Assembly: GCA_963741205.1 (NCBI GenBank)
Contig: CAVUHW010000028.1
Location: 49,315-113,314 of the forward strand
Length of the DNA: 64,000 bases
Direction of reading: 5' to 3'
From: Nitrospirota bacterium
GTDB taxonomy: Bacteria; Nitrospirota; UBA9217
Shown: in pieces, positions 36,378 to 47,226 of the stretch
Numbering within the stretch: position 1 is the first letter of the stretch
Layout: each line of letters opens with the position of its first letter
Translations under genes and position numbers: made by a program
Notes under the pieces: model-generated
Told to the model about the DNA's origin: nothing
The model's input: the letters and a program-made list of their open reading frames with translations, nothing else
Databases searched by the model: none

Positions 36378-38013
36378 ATGGGGAAATCGTCAGAAGGTAT
36401 TGAACGCTACCACGAAAGGACTAAACACCACCCCCACCGGTACGCGCGCTCGGCAGGGTATCTGGACTGGGAGAGCGAACCGAATCCCTTCAGAAGATAT
36501 GACGGCACCCCGATCGTAAGGCTTCCCCTCCTGGAAGAGGACCCCGCGGGAACTTTCCAGAGCCTGTTCGACAGAAAAGGAGTCGACGTACGTCCTTTCT
36601 CCCTCGAAAATATCGCCTGTTTCCTTGAGCTCTCACTGGGGCTTTCAGCGTGGAAATCGTACGGAGAAAATTCCTGGGCGCTCCGGATGAACCCCTCAAG
36701 CGGGAACCTCCATCCCGTCGAGGGCTATGTGGTCCTGCCTCCTCTCCCCGGGGACGACGTCCCAGGCGGCGTGTGTCACTACAACCCCTTTTTTCACGGA
36801 CTCGAACGAAGGACGGCCGTCGACGCACAGCTCTGGGCAAGTTTGAGGCAACACTTCCCCGAGGGGTTTTTCACGGGGCTCTCCTCCCTACATTGGAGAG
36901 AGTCGTGGAAATACGGCGAACGAGCGTTCCGGTATTCTCATCTCGACATGGGGCATGCGGTAGCGGCCATGAGCTTCTCCGCTGCCCTTCTGGGATGGAA
37001 GGTAACTTACCTGAACGCGCTTTCAGACCACGAAGTCGAAACCATCCTCGGATTCACCAAGACCCGCTGGAAAGAATTCGAGCGGGAGGAAGCCGGTCCC
37101 CTGCTCTTTGTCCATGGAATGTCCGCGAATAACGAGGTTCCCCGCGGACTGCCCGCGGACATCATCCATTCGTTCGAATCCCTCTCGTTTGCCGGGGAGC
37201 CCAATCCATTGAGCAAGCGCCATCGCGACTGGAGCGTGATCGATGAGGTTTCGGAGCTTACCGTCAAACCCGCGACGCAGGAAGAAACGTATCGCCATGA
37301 AAATCATCCCTTCGCCGTAAAAAATCCTTCTGCCGGACGCGGCAGCCGCGATCATCAGGAAACGAAGGAGCGCCCTCTCCTTCGATGCGAAAACTACGCT
37401 GGATCGAGATCACTTTTTCGACATCCTTGACAGGACCGTCCCACGGAACCACTGCGCACCCTTCGATGCGGAGCTTGGCCGCGCCTCTGTCCATCTCCTC
37501 ATTTTTGTTCACCGCATCATCGGCCTGGAACCGGGCCTTTACTTCCTTGTCCGGGAGAGAAAAGACATTGAAGAGATAAAACAAAAATTTCGGTCCGGCT
37601 TCCTCTGGGAAAAAGCACCGGAAGCTCCCGAGACGATTCCTTTGTATATTTTGGAGCTGGGTGACTTCAGATCAAAGGCGCAATCTGCAAGCTGTGATCA
37701 GGACATCGCGGGAGACGGGGCCTTTGCAGTCGCCATGATCGCCGAATTCCGCGATACCATCGAGCAAGAGCCCTATCAATACCGTCATCTTCATTGGGAG
37801 GCAGGGATGATCGGCCAGGTATTATACCTGGCTTGCGAGGCCTACGGGATCAGGGGAACGGGCATGGGCTGTTTCTTTGACGACAGGGTTCACGAAATGC
37901 TGGGACTACGGGACAATACGTATCAAGACCTCTATCATTTCGGCGCGGGGAAGCCGGTTGAAGACACACGCATCGCCACGCTGCCGCCCTATCAACACCT
38001 TCGTAAAAAATAA
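36378..38013 (+). CDS. SagB/ThcOx-like double nitroreductase-domain protein (frameshift near 37340)
   Basis: YHERTKH, LRMNPSSGNLHP, WKYGERAFRY, SCDQDIA, GTGMGCFFDD. Confidence 0.9.
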
Positions 38014-38043
38014 AAAGCGCACCGCCGGGCAGACGGTGCGCTT
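37981..38043 (+). repeat. Copy 1 of direct repeat (nitroreductase 3' end plus hairpin)
   Basis: Encodes LPPYQHLRKK*, then AAGCGCACCG...CGGTGCGCTT. Confidence 0.8.
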
Positions 38044-38129
38044 AGTCCTCCCCCTTCAAGGGAAAGAGCCTGCCCCCGAATGATTCTATCGGGGGTAAGG
38101 AGGGGGATGGGTACATTGTTGCTGGTTCA

Positions 38130-38170
38130 GCCCCATCCCCACCCTAGCCCTCCCCTTGAAGGGGAGGGAA
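38130..38170. repeat. CCCTCCCC-TTGAA-GGGGAGGG palindromic repeat family (relatives at ~18710-18738, ~38047-38063 and ~58665-58715)
   Basis: CCCCACCCTAGCCCTCCCCTTGAAGGGGAGGG and near matches. Confidence 0.7.
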
Positions 38171-38288
38171 TGCGGAGATAATTAACCCACCTACTTGCAC
38201 GCCTTGCAAGTCGTAATCATTGGATATTCGAAAGCAGAGAGGAAGGAGGCCGCCCTGCTCCGGGCGGCCTTCTCAAGGGAAAAGATCG

Positions 38289-39632
38289 TCACAGCGACCG
38301 CAGGAAATTGAGAACAGCCTGCTTATCAGTGACTCCAAGGGCATCGAAATTGCCAATCACTGTATTGGCTTCCGATCCGGGGCTTGCGTGTTGAGCGATC
38401 GCCTCGAGAAGATCGCTCGTCCTCCCGTCGTGGAGGAAAAAGATCCTCTGGCCGAGTCCCCAGAGGGGTGCGGTACGAAATTCATCAGTTCCGGCATTCC
38501 CCTGGATGATGTCATCGGCCAATCCTGTCCCCATGTTGTGCACCAACAGATCGGAGAAGAGATTTGCTGTCTGGTTGCTGAGTGCGCCGACCGCGGTCGT
38601 GCCGGTAGCCAGTTGAGGCGTATGGCAGGCACCACAGCCGGTCGAGTTGAACAATGCCTCGGCCGTTCACGATGGACGGAGTGCGGTAACGGGCCGCACC
38701 GGGCCGGGGGCGCGAGGAATCGCATGAACAGAGCGAACAACTCGACGTCGCCTGGGATATTCCTGTCCCTGCCCGTAAGGTTGAGGTCGCTCTCGGGCAG
38801 CGGGTTGAAAAGGCAATTCGCCGCAAGTGCCGCTGTGTCATCGCGCTCCTGCTGGAACAACTGGTTCGTAACGCCCTGCTCGACGAGGTAAGCTTCCCCG
38901 GAGAAAATAGCGAGCGACTTGTTCTGGGCCTTCCACCCGAAGCGGGTGATTGTTCCGGTATTTCCTTCCCTGTTCTCGTGGCCGGAAATTCCGAATGATC
39001 CCGGAGTTTGCGTTCTTGTTCGCAAGGATAACGCTGTCAGGGATCATCTCAATCAACCCGGCGCCGAAGGTGGGCGTCGGGATGCGGAAGATCACGTTGT
39101 CGGGGCGTCAGCAAAGACGGCTGTGCAAGTGTGCAGCCCGGCGCGTCACTTCTGCCGGCAATGGTGAAGAGGGCGTGCACGCCTCCGTCACGAATGGTAT
39201 TGGCAGCGGGATCATGAATTTGAAGCGGGCTTCACGAATCGGCCCGTTGACCGTGACGAATGATGGGGGTACGTTGGTGGCGCCCTCTTTGGTCGCCACC
39301 GCCACCTGCGGATTCACAAAAGGACTCGTTCCACCCACGGCTGGTTGGGCGTGACATCCAGCACAGCTATCCAGGTTGAACGTCGGCCCCAGGCCCGCAT
39401 CGGTGCCGCGGATCGTTCCCGACACCGAATCAACCTCGGTGAAGACATCGAGGCCCGATTTGAAGAAGTTGTTTTGAGTTGACGTAAGCCCGGGAATTGG
39501 TCCGCCCGCACCAGCCGTCCCGCCGCGGACCCCTGGATCGAAGGGAATGGTCTGGGCAAAGGCGTTATGAACGGGCCCCGCTACAAGCAACACCAGCACA
39601 GCTACAATCAATGTTCTTATTCTAATTCTCAT
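38289..39632 (-). CDS. Exported di-heme oxidoreductase (DHOR) family protein (several frameshifts)
   Basis: Signal peptide; GLGPTFNLDSCAGCH; RFGWKAQ; GCGACH; FRTAPLWG; FLHDGR. Confidence 0.88.
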
Positions 39633-40006
39633 GGACTTGCCCCTTTCTCTGCCCGCATCGGGCAACTGAAGTTGAACATTACACGATTAAATATATCGTC
39701 GTCAAAGAAAGGAGGCAATCGGCCTAAAGAAGGAATTTCACGACTGGGTATAGGCCTTTTGTCCTAAGTATTTTGCGGTCATCCGTATCAGCCACGGACC
39801 AGGGTTCCGCCCCGGCGACACGTTTACAGGTCAATCGTCAAGGCATAATTCACCTCGAGGAAATTACGTTCGCGGCGGCCCGTATCTGAAATGCATGAGA
39901 ACGGATGGAATTGTGAAGAGTATTTTCGAGGATATCAATGTATGACGGTGGGTTTTCCCCAGTAGAATCCTGGGGCGGCTTCAGGCGCTGGCAGGGATTT
40001 CGGCGG

Positions 40007-40069
40007 ATGCCTCCGTATCAGCATCTGCATAAAAAATAAAAAGCGCACCACCAGGCAGACGGTGAGCTT
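40007..40069 (+). repeat. Copy 2 of direct repeat (orphan nitroreductase 3' end plus hairpin)
   Basis: Reads MPPYQHLHKK*, then AAGCGCACCA...CGGTGAGCTT. Confidence 0.8.
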
Positions 40070-40132
40070 CAGTTTTATCCCTCCTCTCCACTAGGGGAAA
40101 AGCAATTGTCCAGTAATGCGGTGCTAAGCTCT

Positions 40133-40402
40133 TCACGTGGAAAACCGCTGAGCAGCGCGTGCTCGCGCCTTGGCAGCCTCTTCTGCGCGGTTCCTCGGCG
40201 GTGCGTTCGTCTCAAGTGAGTTCAGAAGGGTTCTGGAAACTGCAGCTATCTCGTCAACAGCCGCAAGGAATGAAGCTTCGTTCGCCTTCGATGGCTTGTT
40301 GAAGCCGCTTACTTTTCTCACGAATTGAAGAGCGGCCCCGTGAATCTCCTCGTCCGTCACAGGCGGTTCGAAGTTGAAGAGGGTTTTGATGTTTCTACAC
40401 AT
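40133..40402 (-). CDS. DUF2277 family protein
   Basis: MCRNIKTLFNFEPP...AALQFVRKVSGF signature. Confidence 0.9.
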   Translation of the reverse strand: MCRNIKTLFNFEPPVTDEEIHGAALQFVRKVSGFNKPSKANEASFLAAVDEIAAVSRTLLNSLETNAPPRNRAEEAAKARARAAQRFST

Positions 40403-40485
40403 AAGCGTTACCTCGCTGTATCAGAGCTAGCCATCAGCGGCAAAACCGTCATTGTCGGTGTTGGCACAATGAGTAGGCACGATCG

Positions 40486-42441
40486 TTAAAGTTTCTTGCA
40501 GACCTCCAACAGGCGGGAAGGATCGTTGACCGGCTCGAAGCACGTGCTTTCTTTGCACGGAATGACGCGGCCGAGGTCGTCCCCATAGACGATCGCCGTG
40601 TACATCATCCCGGAAAGGGCGCGCGCCGCGCGCGGCGAGTTTGCTCTCAGGCGGCGCTTCAACCGTGAGTTTCAGCATGCGGAACGACGCGTCGAGGCTC
40701 ACGAAAAAAGCGCCGGCATGGGCGCCTATTTCGCGCGCCATTTCCAAAAAAATACCGAGTGTCTGCCGGGCCGCCTTTTGGTACTCGTCCTTTCCCGTCA
40801 TAAGCGACAGCTTCAGGAGCAGCAGGACAGCCAGGGCGTTGGCTGAAGGCTGCGGAATGTCCTCCATGCGTTTAAGCCGCGTGCCCAATACCTCGGTCTC
40901 CGTATCGAAGAACCCGCCTTCCTGCCTGTCGTAATATTTCTCCATGCACGCCGTCATGAGTTCGTCGGCCTTCGCAAGGTACGGCTTTTCGGCTGTCGCT
41001 TCGTATCCCGAAACCAGGGCATCTATAAGATGAATGTAGTCGTCGAGTACGGCGGGGACGTCCTCCGTGTGCATCAGACGGCCGTCCACAAACCTTTCCT
41101 TCAGAATCCTGTCGAGGCTCCTTGTGCCAAAGGCCCTTATGTCCTCGTCGCCGAGAACGGCGAAGGCATGAAAATATGAAGCGATGAGCATTCCATTCAT
41201 CGAGGTATAGAATGCTTTGTCGATCAAAGGCGTCTCCCGGAGCGCACGGGCCGCAAACAGCTTTTTCTTGCCGCTCTCGATGACCCGCTTGACGTCCTCA
41301 ACGTTCTTGCCCAGACTTCCGGCAAGCTCCGGCAAAGACCGCGTTACGAACAGGACCTTCTTCGCAGGATCGTGGTGCATGCTGCCTTCCGGATGCAGCA
41401 GAAATGCCGACAGGACGGCATACTCCTCCGGATCGAGCGGTTTCCGGAACTCCTCCTCTGTCCAGGTGAAGTAGCCGCCCTCGTCATCGGGAGTTACATC
41501 CGCGTCCTGGCTCCCGTAAAACCCTCCTCCAGGATCGGACAGGACCTCGCGCGTGAATCTGATGATGTCCAGCGCAGTCTCACGATACCGTTCATCACCG
41601 AATACCGCATACCCGTCGATATAGTTTCTGAGGAGCCCTGCGTTGTCGTCCGCCATTTTCTCAAAATGAGGAATGGTCCAGGACTCGTCGACGGAATACC
41701 GATGGAAGCCACCTCCGAGCTGATCGTGAAAACCTCCCTGTGCCATGGCCTCAAGCATCCTTCGGGCGGCCTGACCCGCGGCAGGGTTTTCGCTCACGAG
41801 TGAGCGACGGATCAGAAACCCCAGCGCGGCGGTCATGGGGAACTTGGGGGCGGCGCCGAAACCCCCGCTCTTCATGTCGAACTGGGCGAGCAGGGCTTTT
41901 TCAGCTTCCGCGATCAGCGACTCGCTCAACTCTCCGGCCTGCATCGGCTCCGGCCGCAGCGCCTCCATGACGCGGTGGGAATAGTCACCGCGTCATTCCG
42001 TTGGGTGCGATAAAAATCATGTACCGCGATGAGGATTTTCTTGAACCCCGGCCTGCCCTGACGGTCCTCGGGAGGGAAATAGGTGCCGCCGTAGAAGGGT
42101 TGTTTGTCCGGTGTCAGGAAGACCGAAAGCGGCCATCCGCTTCCCCCGCCCATGGCCGCGACCGCCTGCTGGTATCTCCGGTCGATGTCCGGCCGCTCGT
42201 CGCGGTCGAGCTTGATGCTGATGAAAAGCTTGTTCAGCAGCCTTGCGGCATCTTCGTCCTCGAAGGATTCCTTCGCCATCACATGGCACCAGTGGCACCA
42301 GACCGCGCCTGTGCTCAAGAAAACGGGCTTGTCCTCCTGCCTTGCCTTTTCAAAGGCCTCGTCGGACCAGGGATACCAGTCGATCTTCTGGTTCGCCGCG
42401 TGTTTGAGATAGGATGATTTTTCGTTTGCCAGTCTGTTCAT
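40486..42441 (-). CDS. YyaL/SSP411-type thioredoxin-domain protein (frameshifted)
   Basis: MNRLANEKSSYL, WCHWCHVM, DRDERPDID, GGTYFP, APKFP, PHFEKM. Confidence 0.92.
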
Positions 42442-42558
42442 GTATCTTGCGGTTTTGGGACGCACGATATTACGTCATATCCCGCGAAGGCGGGAATCCA
42501 AGATCATCGAAAAACCTCTGGATTCCGGTTTCAAGCCCGAATGACTGACGTATATCTG

Positions 42559-43029
42559 CTAATCTTCGTCCAACGGTTTTATCAAAACGTACTTCGGGTC
42601 TTCAGGCGGGAGGGTCGCTTCATCAAAGGGCATGACGCCGAGCCGGGTCATGACCGTCTCAAAGCTGGAGAGCAGCTCACGGTAATCGTATCCGGGCAAC
42701 TCCTGGTGCAGTGCGGTTTCCACAAGCCGGTCGAAGGAGTCATAGTCGAAAGCTCCGTCAAGGACGCGCGACCGGACAAGCACGGTATACAATGTCCTCT
42801 CATCGTTCAGGTTCTCGCCCGCATGCACAGCGAGACGCCCCGCCGTACCGGATCGGCGATATAATGACTTCATCGCCCCTTCGAGCGCATCATACAGGGT
42901 CACGATCCCCGCTGCGATCTTGCCCTCCCGGAGCCTGCGTTTTCCTCCCCGGATATGGAGCCGCGCCCGCTGCAACGGCCCCTCGACAGGACCGAGTTCT
43001 TTTTCATCCATCAGACCGAAGTGGGGCAC
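42559..43029 (-). CDS. Hypothetical protein
   Basis: GAGGGAG + GTG start; ARLHIRGGKRRL, LGVMPFDE; no function recognised. Confidence 0.65.
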   Translation of the reverse strand: MPHFGLMDEKELGPVEGPLQRARLHIRGGKRRLREGKIAAGIVTLYDALEGAMKSLYRRSGTAGRLAVHAGENLNDERTLYTVLVRSRVLDGAFDYDSFDRLVETALHQELPGYDYRELLSSFETVMTRLGVMPFDEATLPPEDPKYVLIKPLDED

Positions 43030-43071
43030 AGGTAGAACTCCCTCTTCCACGATTGACAATTGATACCGCGC

Positions 43072-43707
43072 TTAAATACGCATAGGACGATGACGATCGT
43101 TCACTTCGCTCGCTAGGACGATTGACGAAAACTTTTCGTCTCTCGTCCTGCGTCCTTCGTCTCTCGTTCCTTTCACGCCGCCTTTTGCTTCCCTGGCCGC
43201 CTGGCTCTTCTTCATCAGTTTGAACGTTTCCCGCATGAAGGCCGGCAGATCGGAAGGCTGCCTCGAGGTCACCAGGTTTCCGTCCACGACGACCTCGCTG
43301 TCCTCGTAGAGCGCCCCGGCGTCCTTCAACTCCTGCACCATGTTGCTGTAACAGGTGGCGTGCCTGCCCTTGAGCAGGTCCGCGCTGACCAGGGTCTGCT
43401 GCCCGTGGCAAATTGCTGCTACGGGTTTGTTCATCCTGAAGAAGGACTTAGCGATCTCTAACGCCCTTCGCTCTTTTCGAACAGCGAGCGGCGCCTTACC
43501 GCCGGGAAGAATGAGGATGTCGTACTCCGACGGCTTGACTTCATCGATCGTTTTCTGCACCGCCACTTCATAGCCGTGCTTGCCAATGATATTCCCCTTG
43601 CCCGGGGCCGCTACATCCGCGCTGATGCCCACTTCCTGAAAACGATAGAGCGGAACAAGCAACTCCGTGTCCTCGAACTGATCGGCGCTGATAATCAATG
43701 CTTTCAT
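43072..43707 (-). CDS. PfpI/DJ-1 family protein
   Basis: FEDTEL, LPGG, AAICHG, VVDGNLVTSRQPSDL; the C-terminal tail is read from a repeat element. Confidence 0.92.
   Translation of the reverse strand: MKALIISADQFEDTELLVPLYRFQEVGISADVAAPGKGNIIGKHGYEVAVQKTIDEVKPSEYDILILPGGKAPLAVRKERRALEIAKSFFRMNKPVAAICHGQQTLVSADLLKGRHATCYSNMVQELKDAGALYEDSEVVVDGNLVTSRQPSDLPAFMRETFKLMKKSQAAREAKGGVKGTRDEGRRTRDEKFSSIVLASEVNDRHRPMRI
43085..43170. repeat. Dispersed GGACGA/TCGTCC periodic element (relatives at ~55962-56075 and ~56493-56570)
   Basis: Shared core TCACTTCG(C/T)TCGCTAGGACGAT followed by TCGTCC-type 7-mers. Confidence 0.8.
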
Positions 43708-43971
43708 GGTATCCACCTCGTTCGTCATGACGCCGCGCGCGACAGCAACGAATAAACGCGGCTCATGCTCTCTATAAAAAGTATATCATAGCAAGAGTGC
43801 CAGCCGCAGCCTAGAGTGTCATCCCGAATGATGCTGGATTCGGGATCCCGTTGCGACTAAAGAATGGATTCCCGCTCAGAAGCGCTGCGGGAATGACGAC
43901 TTGAGTTGCATGTTGGAGCGGACCGAAGAATGATTTATGCGGAAAGGATCGAGGACGGTAAAATACGGCCC

Positions 43972-45259
43972 TTACGGCGACCAGGCGGGCGACGTGTAAT
44001 TGGCATCGTTTTTCGTGATCCGCTCGATATCGGTGCCGTTGGCATTCATGATATAAATGTTGAATTTCCCCTCACGGTTCGAGCTGAACACGATCTGTCT
44101 GCCTGAAGGCGACCACGACGGGTTCTCGTCGCTCCCCGGTCCGTTCGTCACGATGCGGAAATCGCTTCCATCAGGGTTCACGGTTGCAATTTTGAAGAGT
44201 CCCTTGACCTGGGACGCGAATACGATGCGGTCGCCCCGGGGAGACCAGTTCGGAGAGGCATTATACTTTCCTTCAAAGGTGATCCGACGGACATCGGCGC
44301 CGTCTGCGCTCATGATGTAGAGCTGCGGCGTTCCGGCCCTGCCGGAGGTGAAGACGAGCTCTCTGCCGTTCGGCGCCCACGAAGGCGACACGTTGTCGGA
44401 GGCGCCGTAGGTCAGCCGCTCCAGGTCTTTTCCGTCCCTCCCAATGGTGTAGATTTCGGCGGAGCCGTCCTTGGAGAGTGCGAGCGCGATGTGCCTGCCG
44501 TTCGGCGACCAGGCCGGCGAAATATTAAGACCTTCGCTTCCCGACAGTTTCCACCGCTTACCCGTATCGGTATCCAGCGCGAAAAGATCGGGGTTTCTGT
44601 CGCGGTACGATACGTAGGCGAGTATTTTCCCGTCCGGGCTCCAGGCAGGAGACAGGCAGATGGAGCGGTCCGCCGTGACCTTAAGCGGGTTCTGGCCGTC
44701 GTATTCCATAACGTACAGTTCTTTGGACCGCGTTTTGTCCGAGACGTAGGCAATTCGGGAGCGGGCGATCCCCTTCTCGCCCGTGAATCGGGACACGATC
44801 TCATCGGCGAAGGTGTGCACCATGCGACGGAAAGTCTCCTCGTTGCCGAAGTATTCCTTGTTTGCGAGACTGCACTCCCCGTCGGCCCATCGTAGAGCCT
44901 GCCGGAGAGCACGAGGTTCTTGCCGTTTCTCTGGATCTTGGCCCAGACCAAACCGGAGAGCCCGAAGACTCCTCCCCGCTTCCTGATTTCTTCCGACGGC
45001 TCCATGTTTCCGTTGACTTCAGGTCCAGTTTCTTCGCGTCCATAACCTCAAAAATCTGGGAACGCCGCAAATCAGACTGTAATACCTCAAGTGCAAGAGA
45101 ACGAAGTTCGGAAGACCCGCTCTCATCGTAGATGTCGAGAACCGCTATGGGGATTTTTTTCGCTTCGCCGCGGACCACGCCGAGATAGTATTGGGAATAG
45201 ACCACGGCGGGAAGTCCGATGAGGATGCAGAGCAGTATGAAGGCAAGTAATCTTTTCAT
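43972..45259 (-). CDS. tolB: TolB (frameshifted)
   Basis: Signal peptide; multiple SP(A/S)WSP PD40 repeats; HTFADEI. Confidence 0.92.
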
Positions 45260-45280
45260 GATTGTAGATATCGGTCTATG

Positions 45281-46070
45281 TTACTCCTGCGGCAAAAGAT
45301 CAATGCTGAAATTCTCTGAGTCCTTATAAAAATCGTCAGGCATGGGGGGAAAGGATTTCACATCAAGGATAGCCCTCCTGGCCGCCATGTCGAATGGGTC
45401 GCTTTTGCTGGACTCCTCTATTTTGACCTCTACGATTCTGCCGGAGCGGAGTACCTTAAACAGCACCGTAGCTTTTATTCCCTTTGCACCCATCGGAGGG
45501 GACCAATTATTTCCGATTATTTCTCTCATCTGCCTCGCGTAGACATCCAATTTAGAATTTCCAGAGGAGGCTTTGACTACTCCAACCCCGGCCTCGCCTC
45601 CCGCCTTGGCGGGCGCGGCAGCCGGCGCGTTAGGAGCGGATGCCGATTCCTTCGGCGCGGGCTTGGCCTGTTCGGCCGCTGCCGGCTTGACCTGTTCCGT
45701 CTTTGCCGCCTTGGCCGCTTGCCTTCTGCGACGGTTTCGTCTTCTGCGCGGCCAGCTCGGGCATTGCGCTCTTGTTCAATGGCTTGCTTGCCGGCTTGGG
45801 CGCCGCGATCTTGACCTTGGGCTGGGGCGGCGCGGGTTCCGGCTTCGCGAGGGGAGGCGCCGATGCCGGTGCGGGAGCCGGCGCGCTTTCAGCCGGCTGC
45901 CCTACGAGCTTCACCTCGTAGAACGGCGGCAGGTAAACTTTCGGGGCCATTGCCGTGTAAAAAATGAGTGCGAGTACAATGAGGGCGGCATGCAGGAAAA
46001 AAGAAAAGAAGACGGAAAGGACCAATTCATTGCCTGACTGTCCGATCCTCTGTCCCGGGAAAAACCTCAT
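45281..46070 (-). CDS. TolA/TonB family protein (frameshifted)
   Basis: N-terminal SxxLH TM segment, Pro/Ala/Lys linker, C-terminal SS...FDMAARRAI domain. Confidence 0.82.
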
Positions 46071-46486
46071 CTGCCGGCCTCACCTCCCGGCGCTGCTTCC
46101 GTCACCATGCCGAGCCGGTCAATGCCGGCCCGCTTCACGACGTCCATCACCCGCACGACGGCGCCGTACGGGGCGTCCTTGTCCGCCCGGAGATACACAT
46201 TGACGAGGGGCTTGCTCTTACGGATGGAATCGAGCACGTCCTTGAGCCGGGATATGTCTACCCGCTCTTTTTCAACGAACAGTTCCTGACCGCGGGTCAC
46301 GGTAAGCACGACGCGGTCTTCGGGCTTGACCGTATTGGCTTCGGACTTGGGCAGGTTCACGTCGAGGCCCCTGCTCATCATGGGAGAAATAATCATATAA
46401 AAGAAGAGCACGACAAGCAGCACATCGATGAGCGGCACAAGGTTGATGTCGCGGATCATACGCCGTTCCCGTCTCGTGAAGCTCAT
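46067..46486 (-). CDS. tolR: TolR/ExbD
   Basis: INLVPLIDVLLV, VNLP, LRADKDAPYG. Confidence 0.88.
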   Translation of the reverse strand: MSFTRRERRMIRDINLVPLIDVLLVVLFFYMIISPMMSRGLDVNLPKSEANTVKPEDRVVLTVTRGQELFVEKERVDISRLKDVLDSIRKSKPLVNVYLRADKDAPYGAVVRVMDVVKRAGIDRLGMVTEAAPGGEAGR

Positions 46487-47199
46487 GACTTCCTCCGGAG
46501 CAGGTTCCGTTCGAGAAAGCTCAGGAACTCCATGGAAAAGGAATCCATCCGCGTGGCGATGCCGTTGATCTTCGCCGAAAAATAGTTATAGGAAATAACG
46601 GCGGGAATGGCGACGAACAGCCCCATAGAGGTGTTGATGAGCGCGGCGGCGAGCCCCGGCGCCAGGGCCGCGATATCGCCCGCGCCCTTCAGCCCGATTC
46701 CGTAGAAAGCGTCCATGATGCCCCAGACCGTGGCCAGGAGGCCCAGGAGCGGCCCCACCGTGCCGGTCGTGCCGAGAAACGGGAGATAACGTTCCAGGTA
46801 CATGACTTCGTCCTGCGTGGTGATCTTGAGCGAACGCTCGATCTCCTGGGAAATGAGCGGCCGCTCCTCATCGGTCACCTTGCCGTCCGGCAGGCTCTTG
46901 ATGATGGACTCGGTCTCACGGTACCCCTCGACAAAGAGCGTGGCAAGAGGGCTGAACTTTGACATTTCGGCATCCCGTAGAAGCTCCTCAATGTTTTTGG
47001 TCTTCCGGAACGCCAACAGAAAGGCATGGGATTCTTTCTCCGCCCTCCGCAGAAATTGGTACTTGAGCAGGATCATGGCCCAGGACACGACCGAGAACCC
47101 CATCAGGATGACCACGATTCCCCTGCCGACCCATCCGACCTCGCCCAACAGGCCGATCACTCCCATGCCCATGCCGGGCACCGCCGCGATTGCGAGCAT
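46483..47199 (-). CDS. tolQ: TolQ/ExbB proton channel
   Basis: SVVSWA, PLLGLLATVWGIM, ALINTSMGLFVAIPA. Confidence 0.88.
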   Translation of the reverse strand: MLAIAAVPGMGMGVIGLLGEVGWVGRGIVVILMGFSVVSWAMILLKYQFLRRAEKESHAFLLAFRKTKNIEELLRDAEMSKFSPLATLFVEGYRETESIIKSLPDGKVTDEERPLISQEIERSLKITTQDEVMYLERYLPFLGTTGTVGPLLGLLATVWGIMDAFYGIGLKGAGDIAALAPGLAAALINTSMGLFVAIPAVISYNYFSAKINGIATRMDSFSMEFLSFLERNLLRRKS

Positions 47200-47226
47200 T
47201 GTTACCTCCGTAATAAAAATTCGGCG

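Noticed and set aside
36378-38013. SagB-like gene as a TOMM/RiPP biosynthetic cluster
   Set aside because: No YcaO, precursor or transporter adjacent; stand-alone members of this family are common.
39640-39990. Long DHOR leader with palindrome CCTCGAGG and repeated CCGTATC as a riboswitch
   Set aside because: I could not match it to c-di-GMP, cobalamin or other known consensus by eye; an Rfam scan is needed.
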